Origin: Pyrinomonadaceae bacterium
GTDB lineage: Bacteria > Acidobacteriota > Blastocatellia > Pyrinomonadales > Pyrinomonadaceae
Direction of reading: 5' to 3'
NCBI GenBank assembly: GCA_046313635.1
Contig: JBKBYA010000001.1
Span: forward strand, 684,340-748,339
Length of the DNA: 64,000 nt
In this document: positions 1-9,906 of the stretch, piece by piece
Numbering within the stretch: position 1 is the first letter of the stretch
Layout: each line of letters opens with the position of its first letter
Notes under the pieces: model-generated
Databases searched by the model: none
Told to the model about the DNA's origin: nothing
What the model saw: the letters and a program-made list of their open reading frames with translations, nothing else
Position numbers and translations under genes: made by a program

Positions 1-34
1 AGTGACCGAACGCTAGTTGAGCAGGATGCCGTCG

Positions 35-68
35 CGAGGCCGTCTGAAATGGCGGCCTCGTTTTGTTT
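35..68 (+). terminator. Intrinsic terminator of an upstream gene outside the window
   Basis: CGAGGCCGTC-loop-GGCGGCCTCG hairpin followed by TTTTGTTT. Confidence 0.6.
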
Positions 69-209
69 GGATAGTTGATCAAACTTCCGGCTGCGAACGG
101 GCTTTGCCGCTCGACCTTTCTCAAAGGCTTGGGGCCGGACTCTTGGCGGCTCCGCCCCTCGACTTTCTCAAAACTCGCGTTCGGCCCTCATCCTGGCGGC
201 TTCGCCGCT

Positions 210-326
210 CTATTTGCAGAAAAGCTCTGCTTTTCCGTCGAGCACTCCTAATCAATCCGGGGGCTGCGCCGCCGCCGGAGAGTTCAAAAGGCCCCGGCCG
301 GAAAAGCAGAGCTTTTCCGCAAATAG
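210..326. repeat. REP-like inverted repeat doublet
   Basis: CTATTTGCAGAAAAGCTCTGCTTTTCCG (210-237) pairs with CGGAAAAGCAGAGCTTTTCCGCAAATAG (299-326), 1 mismatch; each arm is itself palindromic. Confidence 0.7.
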
Positions 327-463
327 ACGGGCGGGGCCAGAAGATTCGGGATCTAATCTGGCGGGCCTTTACGTTCAACTCGATGGTCGCTCGCGAGCGG
401 TTGGGGGTCACGGACTCTCAGGTAGCTTTTCTTTTTACAGATGCGAAGCGGTAGATTTGAAAA

Positions 464-1552
464 ATGAGCAATCTGGTTGGGATCGGGATCATCGGGACGG
501 GATTTGCGCGCAAGGTGCAGATACCTGGGTTTTTAATGTCAGGCGGAGCGAAGATCGTTTCGATCGCGAGCGGCAGCTATGAGAACGCGCGTTCGACCGC
601 CGAGCAGTTCGGGGTCGAGCACTACACGGCCGACTGGCGCGAGACCGCGGCGCGTCGCGACGTCGATCTGGTCTGCATCACGACGCCGCCCGATCTGCAT
701 CGAGAGATGGCGATGTTCGCGCTCGAGCAGCACAAGCACGTGCTCTGCGAAAAGCCTATGGCGATGAGCGTCGCCGAGGCCGAGGAGATGGCCGACTTCG
801 CCGCGCGGCGCGATCTGCTCGCGCTGATCGATCACGAGCTGCGATTCTTGCCCGGGCGGCAGCGGGCGTTCGCGATGCTGCGCGAGGGCGCGATCGGCAC
901 GGTCCGTCATGCGAAGTACAGCTTTCGCGCGTCGTACCGCGCCGACGGGACAATGCCGTGGAACTGGTGGTCCGACGCCGCGCAGGGCGGCGGAGCTCTC
1001 GGTGCGATCGGCTCGCACGTCGTCGACTCGTTCAACTGGCTGCTCGGCACGCGCGTCGCGAGCGTCTATTGCCGGCTCCAGACCGCCGTCAAAAAGCGGC
1101 CCGGCCGCGACGGCGAGATGGGAGAGGTGACGGCCGACGACGCCGCGATGATGGTGCTCGAATTTGCCGATTCGGAATTGACGACGGACGCAACGGCTCT
1201 CGTCTCGGTCTCGACGGCCGAGCCGCCCGAGTATCAGAACCGGATCGAGCTATTCGGTACGCTCGGTGCGATGCGGATCGATCAGCGAGGCGAGCTTTTT
1301 ATCGGGTCGAACGGCGAGGACGATTGGCAGCGCGTGCCGGTCGAATACGGCCGCGGGATCGAGGGCGTTTACGATTCGGGATTCCCGAGCGGATTTACCG
1401 AATTTGCCCCGCGGATCGTCGACGCGATCCTTTCGGGCGCGAGGCATATCCCGCACGCCGCGACTTTCAAGGACGGCGTCGAGGTCCAGCGAGTGCTCGA
1501 CGCGGCGAGAGAGTCAAACGCCGCCGGAGCTCGGACACCCCTGTCCGCATAA
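464..1552 (+). CDS. Gfo/Idh/MocA family oxidoreductase
   Basis: GIIGTG Rossmann start, HVLCEKP motif, GGGAL..IGSH motif. Confidence 0.92.
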   Translation: MSNLVGIGIIGTGFARKVQIPGFLMSGGAKIVSIASGSYENARSTAEQFGVEHYTADWRETAARRDVDLVCITTPPDLHREMAMFALEQHKHVLCEKPMAMSVAEAEEMADFAARRDLLALIDHELRFLPGRQRAFAMLREGAIGTVRHAKYSFRASYRADGTMPWNWWSDAAQGGGALGAIGSHVVDSFNWLLGTRVASVYCRLQTAVKKRPGRDGEMGEVTADDAAMMVLEFADSELTTDATALVSVSTAEPPEYQNRIELFGTLGAMRIDQRGELFIGSNGEDDWQRVPVEYGRGIEGVYDSGFPSGFTEFAPRIVDAILSGARHIPHAATFKDGVEVQRVLDAARESNAAGARTPLSA

Positions 1553-1705
1553 GCGTCCGCGTTCCGACAAACGCCGGAGAATCGAGTAGATCGTTCTCCG
1601 GCGGTTTTCTTCGCGTCCGAAGACGGACGCTCATGCGGACGAGGGCGTCCGCGTTCCGACGAGGGCGTCCGCGTTCCGACGAGGGCGTCCGCGTTCCGAC
1701 GAGGG
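1526..1705. repeat. REP/REPIN-like element with a 3 x 20-bp tandem expansion
   Basis: 1561-1660 is a near reverse-complement of 46150-46240; GAGGGCGTCCGCGTTCCGAC occurs three times at 1641-1700. Confidence 0.85.
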
Positions 1706-1715
1706 GGGCGCTCCG

Positions 1716-3641
1716 TTATTTGAGATGCTTGTCTAGAAAGTCAGCGACGAGCGGATATAGCACGAGGCGGTTTTTCAGTTTCGAGATGCCGTGGCCCTCG
1801 TCGTCGAAGAGCTTGTACTCGACAACGCCGCCGCGTTCGCGGATCGCCTTTACGACCTGCTCGGCCTCGGTATAGGGAACCCGCGGATCGTTCTTGCCGT
1901 GAATGACAAACAGCGGTGCCTTGATGCGATCGATGCGTCGGATAGGCGAGATCTCGCGCAGGAAGTCGAGGTCGCGGTCGAGACGGCCGTATTCGACCTC
2001 GCGCTGGCGGCGGCGGTAGCCCGAGGTGTTTTTCAAAAACGTCTCCCAATTGACGATCCCGACCGTATTGACCGCCGCGGCCCACAGTTCGGGATAGAGC
2101 GTGATCGCGGCCATCGTTATATAACCGCCGTAGCTGCCGCCCATCACCGCGATGCGCTTCGGGTCGGCGCCTCCGCTCGTCTTGAGCCACTCGACGGCGT
2201 ATGCGAGGTCCTTGACCGAATCTTCGCGATTCTTCACATCGTCGAGATGCGTGTACGTTTTGCCGTAACCGGTCGAGCCGCGAACGTTCGTCGCGAGGAT
2301 CGCGTAGCCGCGCGAGAGGTAGTACTGATAGAGAGCGTTGAAGCCGGGACGCTCCTGACCTTCGGGGCCGCCGTGGACCGAGACGATCACCGGGTATTGA
2401 GTTCCTTTTCTGTCTTTTGCCCCGCGGCCCAAGCGCGGCAGGTAAAACCACGCCGGAATGTCGCGGCCGTCAAATGTCTTGTACTTGATCAGCCGCGGAG
2501 CGATGAACGATTTCGGATCGATCCCTGCACGGTCGCTTTGCGTGACCTGCGCGAGCTTTTTAGTCTTCAGATCGTAGATCCAGACATCGCCGTTCCGCGT
2601 CGCCGAATTAAACGTGAAGGCGAGCTTGCTCTCGTCGTCCGAGAACGTCAGTCCGCTGACGATGCCCTGGGCGGGAAGCGCGACCTTTGCGGCTCGGGCA
2701 GCTACGGTCGAGACGAGAGGCTTGCCGCCGGACTCGACCTTGCGCAGATACAATTCCGAAAAGCCTTCGCGATTGACCGTGTACGCCATCACGCTCGGGC
2801 TCTCGGTCATCGTGACGTCGCCGGTGTCCCAACTAGTGTTGTCGATAAAGCGCACCTCGCGATTCGCTGCGGACCAGTCGTCGATCGCCGCGTTCTTTTT
2901 GCGCATCACGGCGAGATTCTCAAATTCGCGGCCGTCATTCGTCGTAAAGACGATGCTGTCGGCGAGAAATTCGGCGTTGCCGAATTCGGCCGAGCCCGAG
3001 TGCGGCGTGAGGTGCGTGACCTGTTTGCTGCGCGTGTCGACGAGATAGAGATCGTTGTCGAGGCTTAGCTCGGTGCCGCTGCGCGAGACGATGATCTTAG
3101 AGCCGCTGTCGTTGACCGCTGCGACGCTGTTGCTGCCGTCGTGCTCGAGGAGCATCTCCTCTCTGCCCGAGGCGATGTCCATTCGGTACACGTCGAAGAA
3201 GTTTCTGTTGCGCTTATTTGACGCGTAATAGATCGTCCTGCCGTCGGCCGAGACGACGCCAAAGTTGTGACGTACCCTTGCATCGCTCGTCAGCTCGCGC
3301 ACGCCCGAGCCGTCCGGACGCATCCAGAAGAACTGCGTATTCTCGTCGCCGCCGCGCGCCTTGCCAAAGATGAGCCCGCCGGGCAGCCACCGGACAAAGC
3401 TGACGTTGTCGTCGTAGTTGGTCAGCTGCCTCGGCTTGCCGTTCGGCAGATCGACGACCCAGACCTGCGACGTGCCGGTGACGTTCGTCAGGTACGCGAG
3501 CTGCCGGCCGTCGGGCGAGAACGCCGGCCCGCCTGCGGATTTGATCGACAGATACTGCTGGATCGTGTAAGGCTGCTGAGCAAAGGTCGCGAGTGCGAAA
3601 AAGCAGAGCACGAGGCCCGCGGCGATGAGCATCTTTTTCAT
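1716..3641 (-). CDS. S9 family (prolyl oligo/acylaminoacyl) peptidase, secreted
   Basis: Signal peptide MKKMLIAAG; beta-propeller region; HGGP, GGSYGG (Ser), NDPRV (Asp), DEGHG (His). Start moved to ATG 3641. Confidence 0.92.
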   Translation of the reverse strand: MKKMLIAAGLVLCFFALATFAQQPYTIQQYLSIKSAGGPAFSPDGRQLAYLTNVTGTSQVWVVDLPNGKPRQLTNYDDNVSFVRWLPGGLIFGKARGGDENTQFFWMRPDGSGVRELTSDARVRHNFGVVSADGRTIYYASNKRNRNFFDVYRMDIASGREEMLLEHDGSNSVAAVNDSGSKIIVSRSGTELSLDNDLYLVDTRSKQVTHLTPHSGSAEFGNAEFLADSIVFTTNDGREFENLAVMRKKNAAIDDWSAANREVRFIDNTSWDTGDVTMTESPSVMAYTVNREGFSELYLRKVESGGKPLVSTVAARAAKVALPAQGIVSGLTFSDDESKLAFTFNSATRNGDVWIYDLKTKKLAQVTQSDRAGIDPKSFIAPRLIKYKTFDGRDIPAWFYLPRLGRGAKDRKGTQYPVIVSVHGGPEGQERPGFNALYQYYLSRGYAILATNVRGSTGYGKTYTHLDDVKNREDSVKDLAYAVEWLKTSGGADPKRIAVMGGSYGGYITMAAITLYPELWAAAVNTVGIVNWETFLKNTSGYRRRQREVEYGRLDRDLDFLREISPIRRIDRIKAPLFVIHGKNDPRVPYTEAEQVVKAIRERGGVVEYKLFDDEGHGISKLKNRLVLYPLVADFLDKHLK

Positions 3642-3721
3642 CAGAATTCTCCGGACAAGAAAAATGGATAACGAGACTTGCCGCTCATTATCCTTAAACT
3701 CCGAACCAAACTTCAAACCGT

Positions 3722-4213
3722 CTAGAGCTCGATCTTGCCGTATTCGCCGTAGTCCGCCTCCTGCCCGGTAGCGAGGGCCTTGACGAATCCGACGAGCTGA
3801 ACGAGTTTGGAGTCGGACGCGTCCCAGTATTCGGCTTCCTCGACCGAGATCCTCAGCAGACATAGATGAGGGTCATCAGGCCCTTCAGGAAACCAGGCCT
3901 TGTGGATCGGGCTCCAGAGCTCTTGGATCTTCTCCTCGTCTTTTACGACCTCGGCCCGGCCGGAGACCGAGACGTACGTATTGTCGTCGGGCTGCGAATG
4001 CGCGACGTTCACGCGGTTGTCGGCCTCGATCTCGTCGACCTTGTGCGTATCGTCATTCGAAAAGAACCACAGGTCGCCCTTCTCGTCCATCTCCTGCGTC
4101 GACATCGGCCGGCTCCGCAGCCTGCCGCCGGAGATCGTTGTCAGCATGGCAAAGTCGATGCCCTCAAGCAGCTCCTTTAGTTTGGCGATCGACTCGTTTC
4201 GTTTGTCTTCCAT
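3722..4213 (-). CDS. General stress protein, pyridoxamine 5'-phosphate oxidase-like (YdaG/GSP26 type)
   Basis: AMLTT..LRSRPM, LWFF, WFPEGPDDP, AEYWD motifs. Confidence 0.85.
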   Translation of the reverse strand: MEDKRNESIAKLKELLEGIDFAMLTTISGGRLRSRPMSTQEMDEKGDLWFFSNDDTHKVDEIEADNRVNVAHSQPDDNTYVSVSGRAEVVKDEEKIQELWSPIHKAWFPEGPDDPHLCLLRISVEEAEYWDASDSKLVQLVGFVKALATGQEADYGEYGKIEL

Positions 4214-4273
4214 ACTCTCGCTTACCTCTCAAATTGAATTGCCGTTCGAAGGTCGTACGACGGCCTCGACCCG

Positions 4274-4288
4274 GCAAGATGCATTCCG
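4274..4288 (-). promoter_or_regulatory. Possible sigma54 promoter
   Basis: Minus strand CGGAATGCATCTTGC = GG-N10-GC with TTGC, about 60 bp upstream of the stress gene. Confidence 0.35.
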
Positions 4289-4351
4289 CCCGGTAAACCG
4301 CTCTGGATCAGCTCTCGCGAGTGCCGCCTAAAGAGAGCGCCGACCCCGTTT

Positions 4352-4786
4352 TTACGACGTATGGTCGTGCACTATCCGCCAGCCGTCTTTGAATCGGCGA
4401 AAAATGAGCGTGAATTTGCCGTGCGGGTTGTCCTTGTCACGCGCGAGCGACCACGACCCAAGGACGACGGCCGAGCCCTTTGAGAGAACTGTGATCTCGA
4501 GGTCGGAGAAGGTCAGCGTGCCCATCTTGGCCCGCGAATCGTAGCTTTTTTTGTAGCGGTCGAGCGTCGGCCGCCAGCCGCGCGTGACATTGGCGCCTGA
4601 GACAAAGACGAGGTCGGGCGAGTTCCAGTAGCCCTGCATAAATCCGTCGATGTCGCCGCGATTCCACGCCGCGGCCTGCGCGTCCATCACGGCGCGAATC
4701 GCGGTCTTGGCCTGCGTTTTTTGTTGGGCGGCAGCTCCGGTACTGCAGAGAACGACGAGTGCGAAGGCGAGTAAGCGTATCTTCAT
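4352..4786 (-). CDS. Secreted NTF2-like (DUF4440/SnoaL-like) protein
   Basis: Signal peptide; AAWNRGDIDGFM and WRIVHDHTS motifs. Confidence 0.85.
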   Translation of the reverse strand: MKIRLLAFALVVLCSTGAAAQQKTQAKTAIRAVMDAQAAAWNRGDIDGFMQGYWNSPDLVFVSGANVTRGWRPTLDRYKKSYDSRAKMGTLTFSDLEITVLSKGSAVVLGSWSLARDKDNPHGKFTLIFRRFKDGWRIVHDHTS

Positions 4787-4912
4787 AGTCTTGTCACCGG
4801 AAGTGTGACCGATGGCGCGGCGGCGGGCAAGCACGATGCGGCCGAGAGGCGGGACGAACGTCCGTCCTCTCGGCCGCATTCGATCGATGGACGCGGGTCG
4901 AGCGGGCTGCCG

Positions 4913-5557
4913 CTAATTTTTGTCGGCCATCATCTCTTTTTGCTTGTCGGTCAACGCGATGCCCATCTTCTCGATCGTGGCCTGATTGAGCGTGCCGGTG
5001 ACCTTGAGACCGTTGGCTTGCTGATACTTTTTGAGCGCCGCTCGCGTGTCGGGATCGAGCTTTCCGGTCTCTTCGCCGGAATACAGATTCGCGGTCTTGA
5101 GCATTCGCTGAGCCTCGATGATCTGGTCCTTGGTCGCGCGAAAGATCGGGCCCCGCGTCTTTGCGGTCGAGCCTGTGCCGCTGCCGCCGGCCGAGGCATA
5201 CGAACTCGCGCTGGCAGGTATCGCCTTTTGCGCGTCGGTCAGCTCGATGCCCATTTTTTCGAGCGTCGCACGATTGAGCGTACCGGTCGGCTTGAGACCG
5301 TTATCCTTTTGGTAGCTCTTGATCGCCGCACGCGTTTCGACATCGAGCTTGCCCGTCGCTTCGCCTGAGTACAGGCTCTTTGCCTTGAGCATCGTCTGAA
5401 CCTCTGTGATCTGGGCCTTGTTTGCCCTGAAGATCTGCTTTTTAGGCTTAGCCTCGGATGTGGCGTTCTGGGCCGTCTGGCCGGAAGGATTTGTCTGCGC
5501 CGCTGTCGGAACTGCGAGAGCGAGAGCAGCAAACACTAAAAGAAGAAGCTTCTTCAT
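4913..5557 (-). CDS. Secreted protein with two peptidoglycan-binding domains
   Basis: Signal peptide; two repeats of Q.ML....YSGE.TGKLD..TRAA...YQ..NGL..TG.LN..T. Confidence 0.85.
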   Translation of the reverse strand: MKKLLLLVFAALALAVPTAAQTNPSGQTAQNATSEAKPKKQIFRANKAQITEVQTMLKAKSLYSGEATGKLDVETRAAIKSYQKDNGLKPTGTLNRATLEKMGIELTDAQKAIPASASSYASAGGSGTGSTAKTRGPIFRATKDQIIEAQRMLKTANLYSGEETGKLDPDTRAALKKYQQANGLKVTGTLNQATIEKMGIALTDKQKEMMADKN

Positions 5558-5716
5558 AAGTATTCACTCCCTAAGTTTTTTTGATCTGGATCGGGGCGGC
5601 GAACTTTTCAGCGCGCGGAACGTCGTCGAATGGGAGACGCCTCAGGCTGAAAAAGTGTCAGCACTATCCCTTATTTGGCGAGGACGTGTCAAGATAATTT
5701 TGAAGACGCCAAACGC

Positions 5717-6028
5717 ATGCTGCACGAAACCACGATCGAAAAGCTGATCAGCGAGGCGATCGAGCGCGGCGAGTTTGAAGGCCTGAGAGGCTCGGGCCGG
5801 CCGCTTGATCTCGACGAGTATTTCAACACGCCCGAAGATCTGCGGACGGCGTACTCGCTCCTCAAGGCCAACCAATTCGTGCCGAGAGAGGTCGATCTCC
5901 TCCGCGAGATCGCCGAGCTCAGGGACCGCCCGCGTCGGGCCGATGCCGGCCTGCGGGCCGGACTCCGGAGAAGCCTCAACGAAAGGGAGCTCGCGCTCCG
6001 GCAGGAGATCGAGAGACGCAGGCGCTGA
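5717..6028 (+). CDS. DUF1992 domain protein
   Basis: IEKLISEAIERGEFEGLRGSGRPLDL...AYSLLK...P pattern. Confidence 0.75.
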   Translation: MLHETTIEKLISEAIERGEFEGLRGSGRPLDLDEYFNTPEDLRTAYSLLKANQFVPREVDLLREIAELRDRPRRADAGLRAGLRRSLNERELALRQEIERRRR

Positions 6029-6060
6029 CCGCTCATCGGATCTTGCCGGGACGGGGCGTC

Positions 6061-6090
6061 TTGCTGAATGAATGTTCATTCAGTTATAAT
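6061..6090 (+). promoter_or_regulatory. sigma70 promoter with embedded TetR-type (FadR/YsiA-like) operator
   Basis: TTGCTG-N18-TATAAT; perfect palindrome CTGAATGAA-TG-TTCATTCAG at 6064-6083. Confidence 0.8.
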
Positions 6091-6132
6091 CGCCGCACGT
6101 TTTTTTATCTTTTTTCAAATTCGGACACGATT

Positions 6133-8538
6133 ATGAACATCGCAAAAGCCGCCGTACTCGGTGCCGGGACCATGGGGGCGACCATCGCCGCCCATTTGGC
6201 GAATGCCGGGGTCCCCACGCTGCTTCTGGATATCGCGCCGCGAGAGCTGACGCCTGAAGAAGAGGCTGCGGGCCTCGGTCTCGATTCGCCGAAGGTGCGC
6301 AACCGCATCGTTCGCGCGGGTTTTGAGTCGCTCGCCAAGATGCGGCCGGCGGCCTATATGTCGGTCGAGAATTCGAAGCTGATCACGATCGGCAACTTCG
6401 CCGACGATATGCCGCGCATCAAGGACTGCGATCTTGTCATCGAGGCCGTCGTCGAGAACCTCGAGATCAAGCACAAGGTCTTTGCGGATGTCGACCGGTA
6501 TCGCAAGCCCGGCGCCGTGATCGCTTCAAATACGAGCGGCATCCCGATCGCGTCGATCGCCGAACCCTTCTCGGACGATTTCAAGAGGCAGTTTCTCGGC
6601 ATTCATTTCTTCAACCCGCCGCGGTATATGAAGCTCGTCGAGATCATCGCGACCGAATGGACGAGTCCCGAGGTCTCGTGCGCGATCGCGGGCTTTCTCG
6701 ATCGCCGGCTCGGCAAGGGAGTGGTGCCGGCAAAGGACCGGCCGAATTTCATTGCCAACCGCATCGGCACTTTCGGGATGATGGCGACGGTGCACGAAAT
6801 GCTGGCGATGGGCTTCACGCCGACCGAGGTCGATCAGATGACCGGCAAGGCGATCGGGCATGCGAAATCGGCGACGTTCAGGACCTCGGACCTGGTCGGT
6901 CTCGACGTGCTCGCTCACGTCAACCGAAACCTCTATCCTGCCGTGCCCGATGACGAGGACCGCGAGGTCTTCAAGATGCCGGAGCTGCTCGAGCGAATGC
7001 TCGAGCGCAAACTGCTCGGCGACAAGACGGGCGGAGGCTTTTACAAAAAGATCAAGTCGCCGGACGGCAAGACCGAGATACTCGAGCTCGACCTCGAGAC
7101 ATTCGAGTACAGGCCGCAGCAAAAGACCAAGTTCCCGTCGCTGGACGCCGCCAAGTCGATCGAGGACATCCCGGCCCGCGTCAAAAAGCTTGTGTGGGGC
7201 GACGACCGCGTCGGCGAGTTTCTCTGGAGGACGCACTCTCGAGTCTCTCGCTACGCCGCTAACCGCATCCCCGAGATCGCCGACACGATCGTCGAGATCG
7301 ACAACGCGATCAAGTGGGGATTTGGCTGGGAGATCGGCGTCTTTGAGGCATGGGACGCGATCGGCGTGCGCGAGTCGGTCGAGCGGATGCGGCGCGAAGG
7401 GCAGCCGATCCCGGAGAACGTGCAGCGAATGCTCGACGCCGGCGCCGAGAGCTTTTACAAGAACGACGGCGGTCAAGAGTACTTTTATGACCTCGTCGCA
7501 GGCGAATACAAACCGATGCCCGAGCGCCCCGGCGTGATCGTTCTCAGATCGGTAAAGGACCGCACGGGAGTGATCAAGTCAAACGCCGGCGCGTCGCTTA
7601 TCGACCTCGGCGACGGGGTCGCGTGCCTCGAGTTTCATTCCAAGATGAACTCGATCGGCGGCGACACCGTGCAGATGATCAACTTTGCTCTGGACGAGGT
7701 CGAGCGCAATTTCGAAGGTCTGGTGATCGGCAATCAGGGCGGCAACTTCTCGGCCGGTGCCAACATAATGATGCTGCTGATGGCCGCGCAAGAGGAGGAG
7801 TGGGACGACATCGCGATGATGGTCCACGCGCTGCAGTCGGCCGTGATGAGAATGCGATATTCGCCCAAGCCCGTCGTCACCGCGCCGTACGGGCTGACGC
7901 TCGGCGGCGGTTGCGAGATCGCGATGCACGGCAACCGCGTGCGGGCCGCGGCCGAGACGTATATCGGTCTCGTCGAGGTCGGCGTCGGCGTCATCCCGGC
8001 AGGCGGCGGCACCAAAGAGATGACGATGCGCGCGATGGACGCCGCCGCGAGAGTGCCTGACGCCGACCCGCTCGCTTTTCTCAAGACCTCGTTCGAGACG
8101 ATCGGAATGGGCAAGGTCGCGACATCGGCGCAGGAGGCTCGGGCGTGGGGATTTTTACGTGAGGTCGATTCTATTTCGATGAACGGCGACCGCCTGATCG
8201 CCGACGCAAAGCAGGAAGTCTTGAATCTCGTCGCCTCCGGCTTTACGCCGCCGGTCGAGCGGACCGACATTCTGGTTTTGGGCGAAGCGGCCGAGTCGGC
8301 GATGAAGCTCGCGCTGCATATGATGAAGCAGGGCGGCTACATCTCTGACCACGACGAGCTTATCGGCCGCAAGCTCGCGCACATCATGGCCGGCGGCAGC
8401 TTGAATCATCCCACGCGGGTCTCCGAGCGCTACCTGCTCGACCTCGAGCGTGAGGCATTCGTTTCGCTATGCGGCGAGCGAAAGACGCAGGAGCGCATCG
8501 CCGCGATGCTTAAGACCGGCAAGCCGCTGAGAAACTAG
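6133..8538 (+). CDS. fadN: 3-hydroxyacyl-CoA dehydrogenase / enoyl-CoA hydratase (FadN type)
   Basis: GAGTMG, SNTSG, HFFNPPRY, FIANR motifs; C-terminal crotonase (LGGGCE); ends GKPLRN. Confidence 0.9.
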   Translation: MNIAKAAVLGAGTMGATIAAHLANAGVPTLLLDIAPRELTPEEEAAGLGLDSPKVRNRIVRAGFESLAKMRPAAYMSVENSKLITIGNFADDMPRIKDCDLVIEAVVENLEIKHKVFADVDRYRKPGAVIASNTSGIPIASIAEPFSDDFKRQFLGIHFFNPPRYMKLVEIIATEWTSPEVSCAIAGFLDRRLGKGVVPAKDRPNFIANRIGTFGMMATVHEMLAMGFTPTEVDQMTGKAIGHAKSATFRTSDLVGLDVLAHVNRNLYPAVPDDEDREVFKMPELLERMLERKLLGDKTGGGFYKKIKSPDGKTEILELDLETFEYRPQQKTKFPSLDAAKSIEDIPARVKKLVWGDDRVGEFLWRTHSRVSRYAANRIPEIADTIVEIDNAIKWGFGWEIGVFEAWDAIGVRESVERMRREGQPIPENVQRMLDAGAESFYKNDGGQEYFYDLVAGEYKPMPERPGVIVLRSVKDRTGVIKSNAGASLIDLGDGVACLEFHSKMNSIGGDTVQMINFALDEVERNFEGLVIGNQGGNFSAGANIMMLLMAAQEEEWDDIAMMVHALQSAVMRMRYSPKPVVTAPYGLTLGGGCEIAMHGNRVRAAAETYIGLVEVGVGVIPAGGGTKEMTMRAMDAAARVPDADPLAFLKTSFETIGMGKVATSAQEARAWGFLREVDSISMNGDRLIADAKQEVLNLVASGFTPPVERTDILVLGEAAESAMKLALHMMKQGGYISDHDELIGRKLAHIMAGGSLNHPTRVSERYLLDLEREAFVSLCGERKTQERIAAMLKTGKPLRN

Positions 8539-8619
8539 CATCGCGCCGAACAGTAATTATTAATTAGTAATTAGCCAATTAATAATTATCGTTTCGAGCA
8601 ACATCACTTTAGGAGACTG

Positions 8620-9174
8620 ATGATGGCGAACGATATCGACGGGGTCCTAAACGAGATCGATCAGGTAACGGCTGACGTACAGGAGGCTTTTGGCGTATTG
8701 TCGGCCGAGCAGCTCAACTGGAGGCCGGCGCCCGAGTCGTGGAGCGTCGCGCAGAGCCTCGACCATTTGATCCGGTCGAACGAGGAGTTCTTTCCAGAGT
8801 TTGACAGCCTTGCGGCCGGCACGCGAAAGAACACCTTTTGGCAGACGATCTCGCCCCTGAGCGGCATCGCCGGCGTCTTCCTGGTCAAGACGCTCAAGAG
8901 CGACGGTCAAAAGGTAAAGACCAATCAAAAGATGACGCCGCCGAGCGATGTCGGCGGCGACATCGTCAAACGGTTTGTGCGGCACCAGGACGAGCTCAAG
9001 CAAAAGGTGCTCTCGATCGCCGCCGCCGACTGGAACAAGGTCGTGCTGACATCGCCATTCATAAAGATCATGACCTATCGTCTCGGCACCGGACTTGAGG
9101 CCCTGATCGAGCACGAAAAGCGTCATTTGCGGCAGGCAAAGCGGGTCGTCGAGACCGAAGGATTTCCGAAGTAG
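8620..9174 (+). CDS. DinB family protein
   Basis: QLNWRP..WSVAQ.LDHL and HEKRHL.Q motifs; AGGAG RBS. Confidence 0.85.
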   Translation: MMANDIDGVLNEIDQVTADVQEAFGVLSAEQLNWRPAPESWSVAQSLDHLIRSNEEFFPEFDSLAAGTRKNTFWQTISPLSGIAGVFLVKTLKSDGQKVKTNQKMTPPSDVGGDIVKRFVRHQDELKQKVLSIAAADWNKVVLTSPFIKIMTYRLGTGLEALIEHEKRHLRQAKRVVETEGFPK

Positions 9175-9207
9175 TTCTTTGAAGATCGAACTTGAAGGGG
9201 AAGGCTG

Positions 9208-9906
9208 ATGATCGAACATTCCGGGTACGCGTTCATCTTCGATATGGACGGCACGCTCGTTGACAATATGCGGTTTCACACCGAGGCGTGGCAGATGATG
9301 CTCGCCGAGAACGGTGTCGAGATGGACCCCGAGGAGTTCCTAGTCCGCACGTCGGGCAAGACCAACCGCGAGATCATCCCGGGCATATTCCCGGACGCCG
9401 GCGAGGACGAGGTCGAGCGTTACGGCGAGCGAAAGGAGACGCTCTATCGAGAACTGTTTCTCGAGCACCGGCGGCCGGTGAGAGGCGCGGTCGAGTTTCT
9501 TGAGGCGGCGCGCGAGCTCGGCATACCGATGGCGGTCGCGACCGCGGCCCCGACGGCGAATGTCGAGTTCATCCTCGACGGGCTCGATCTAAGAAAGTAT
9601 TTCGCGGCGGTCACGACCGCGGCCGACGTGGCGAATGGCAAGCCGGACCCGGAATTTTTTACGGTGTCGGCGGCGAAGCTCGGCATCGCACCAGAGAAAT
9701 GTCTGGTCTTTGAGGATGCGTTGAATGGATTTGAGGCCGCGCGGCGGGCCGGGATGAAAGCGATCGGCATCACGACCGTCAACTCCGCAGAGGCTTTGAT
9801 CTCGCTCGAGTCGGTCGTCGCGGCATACGCCGATTTTGAATCGCTCGATCCGCGGAGGGTCATCGAGCAGTTCTTGCTGCCGCGGGCGGACGCCAACGTT
9901 TTATGA
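9208..9906 (+). CDS. HAD family phosphatase (beta-PGM-like)
   Basis: FDMDGTL, KPDP, VFED motifs. Confidence 0.9.
   Translation: MIEHSGYAFIFDMDGTLVDNMRFHTEAWQMMLAENGVEMDPEEFLVRTSGKTNREIIPGIFPDAGEDEVERYGERKETLYRELFLEHRRPVRGAVEFLEAARELGIPMAVATAAPTANVEFILDGLDLRKYFAAVTTAADVANGKPDPEFFTVSAAKLGIAPEKCLVFEDALNGFEAARRAGMKAIGITTVNSAEALISLESVVAAYADFESLDPRRVIEQFLLPRADANVL

Noticed and set aside
17..454. ORFs 17-454, 121-411 and 214-582
   Set aside because: They run through a terminator and REP-like repeats and show no protein-like features.
1641..1700. Possible CRISPR array
   Set aside because: The 20-bp units are head-to-tail with no spacers and derive from a REP arm; no cas genes in the window.
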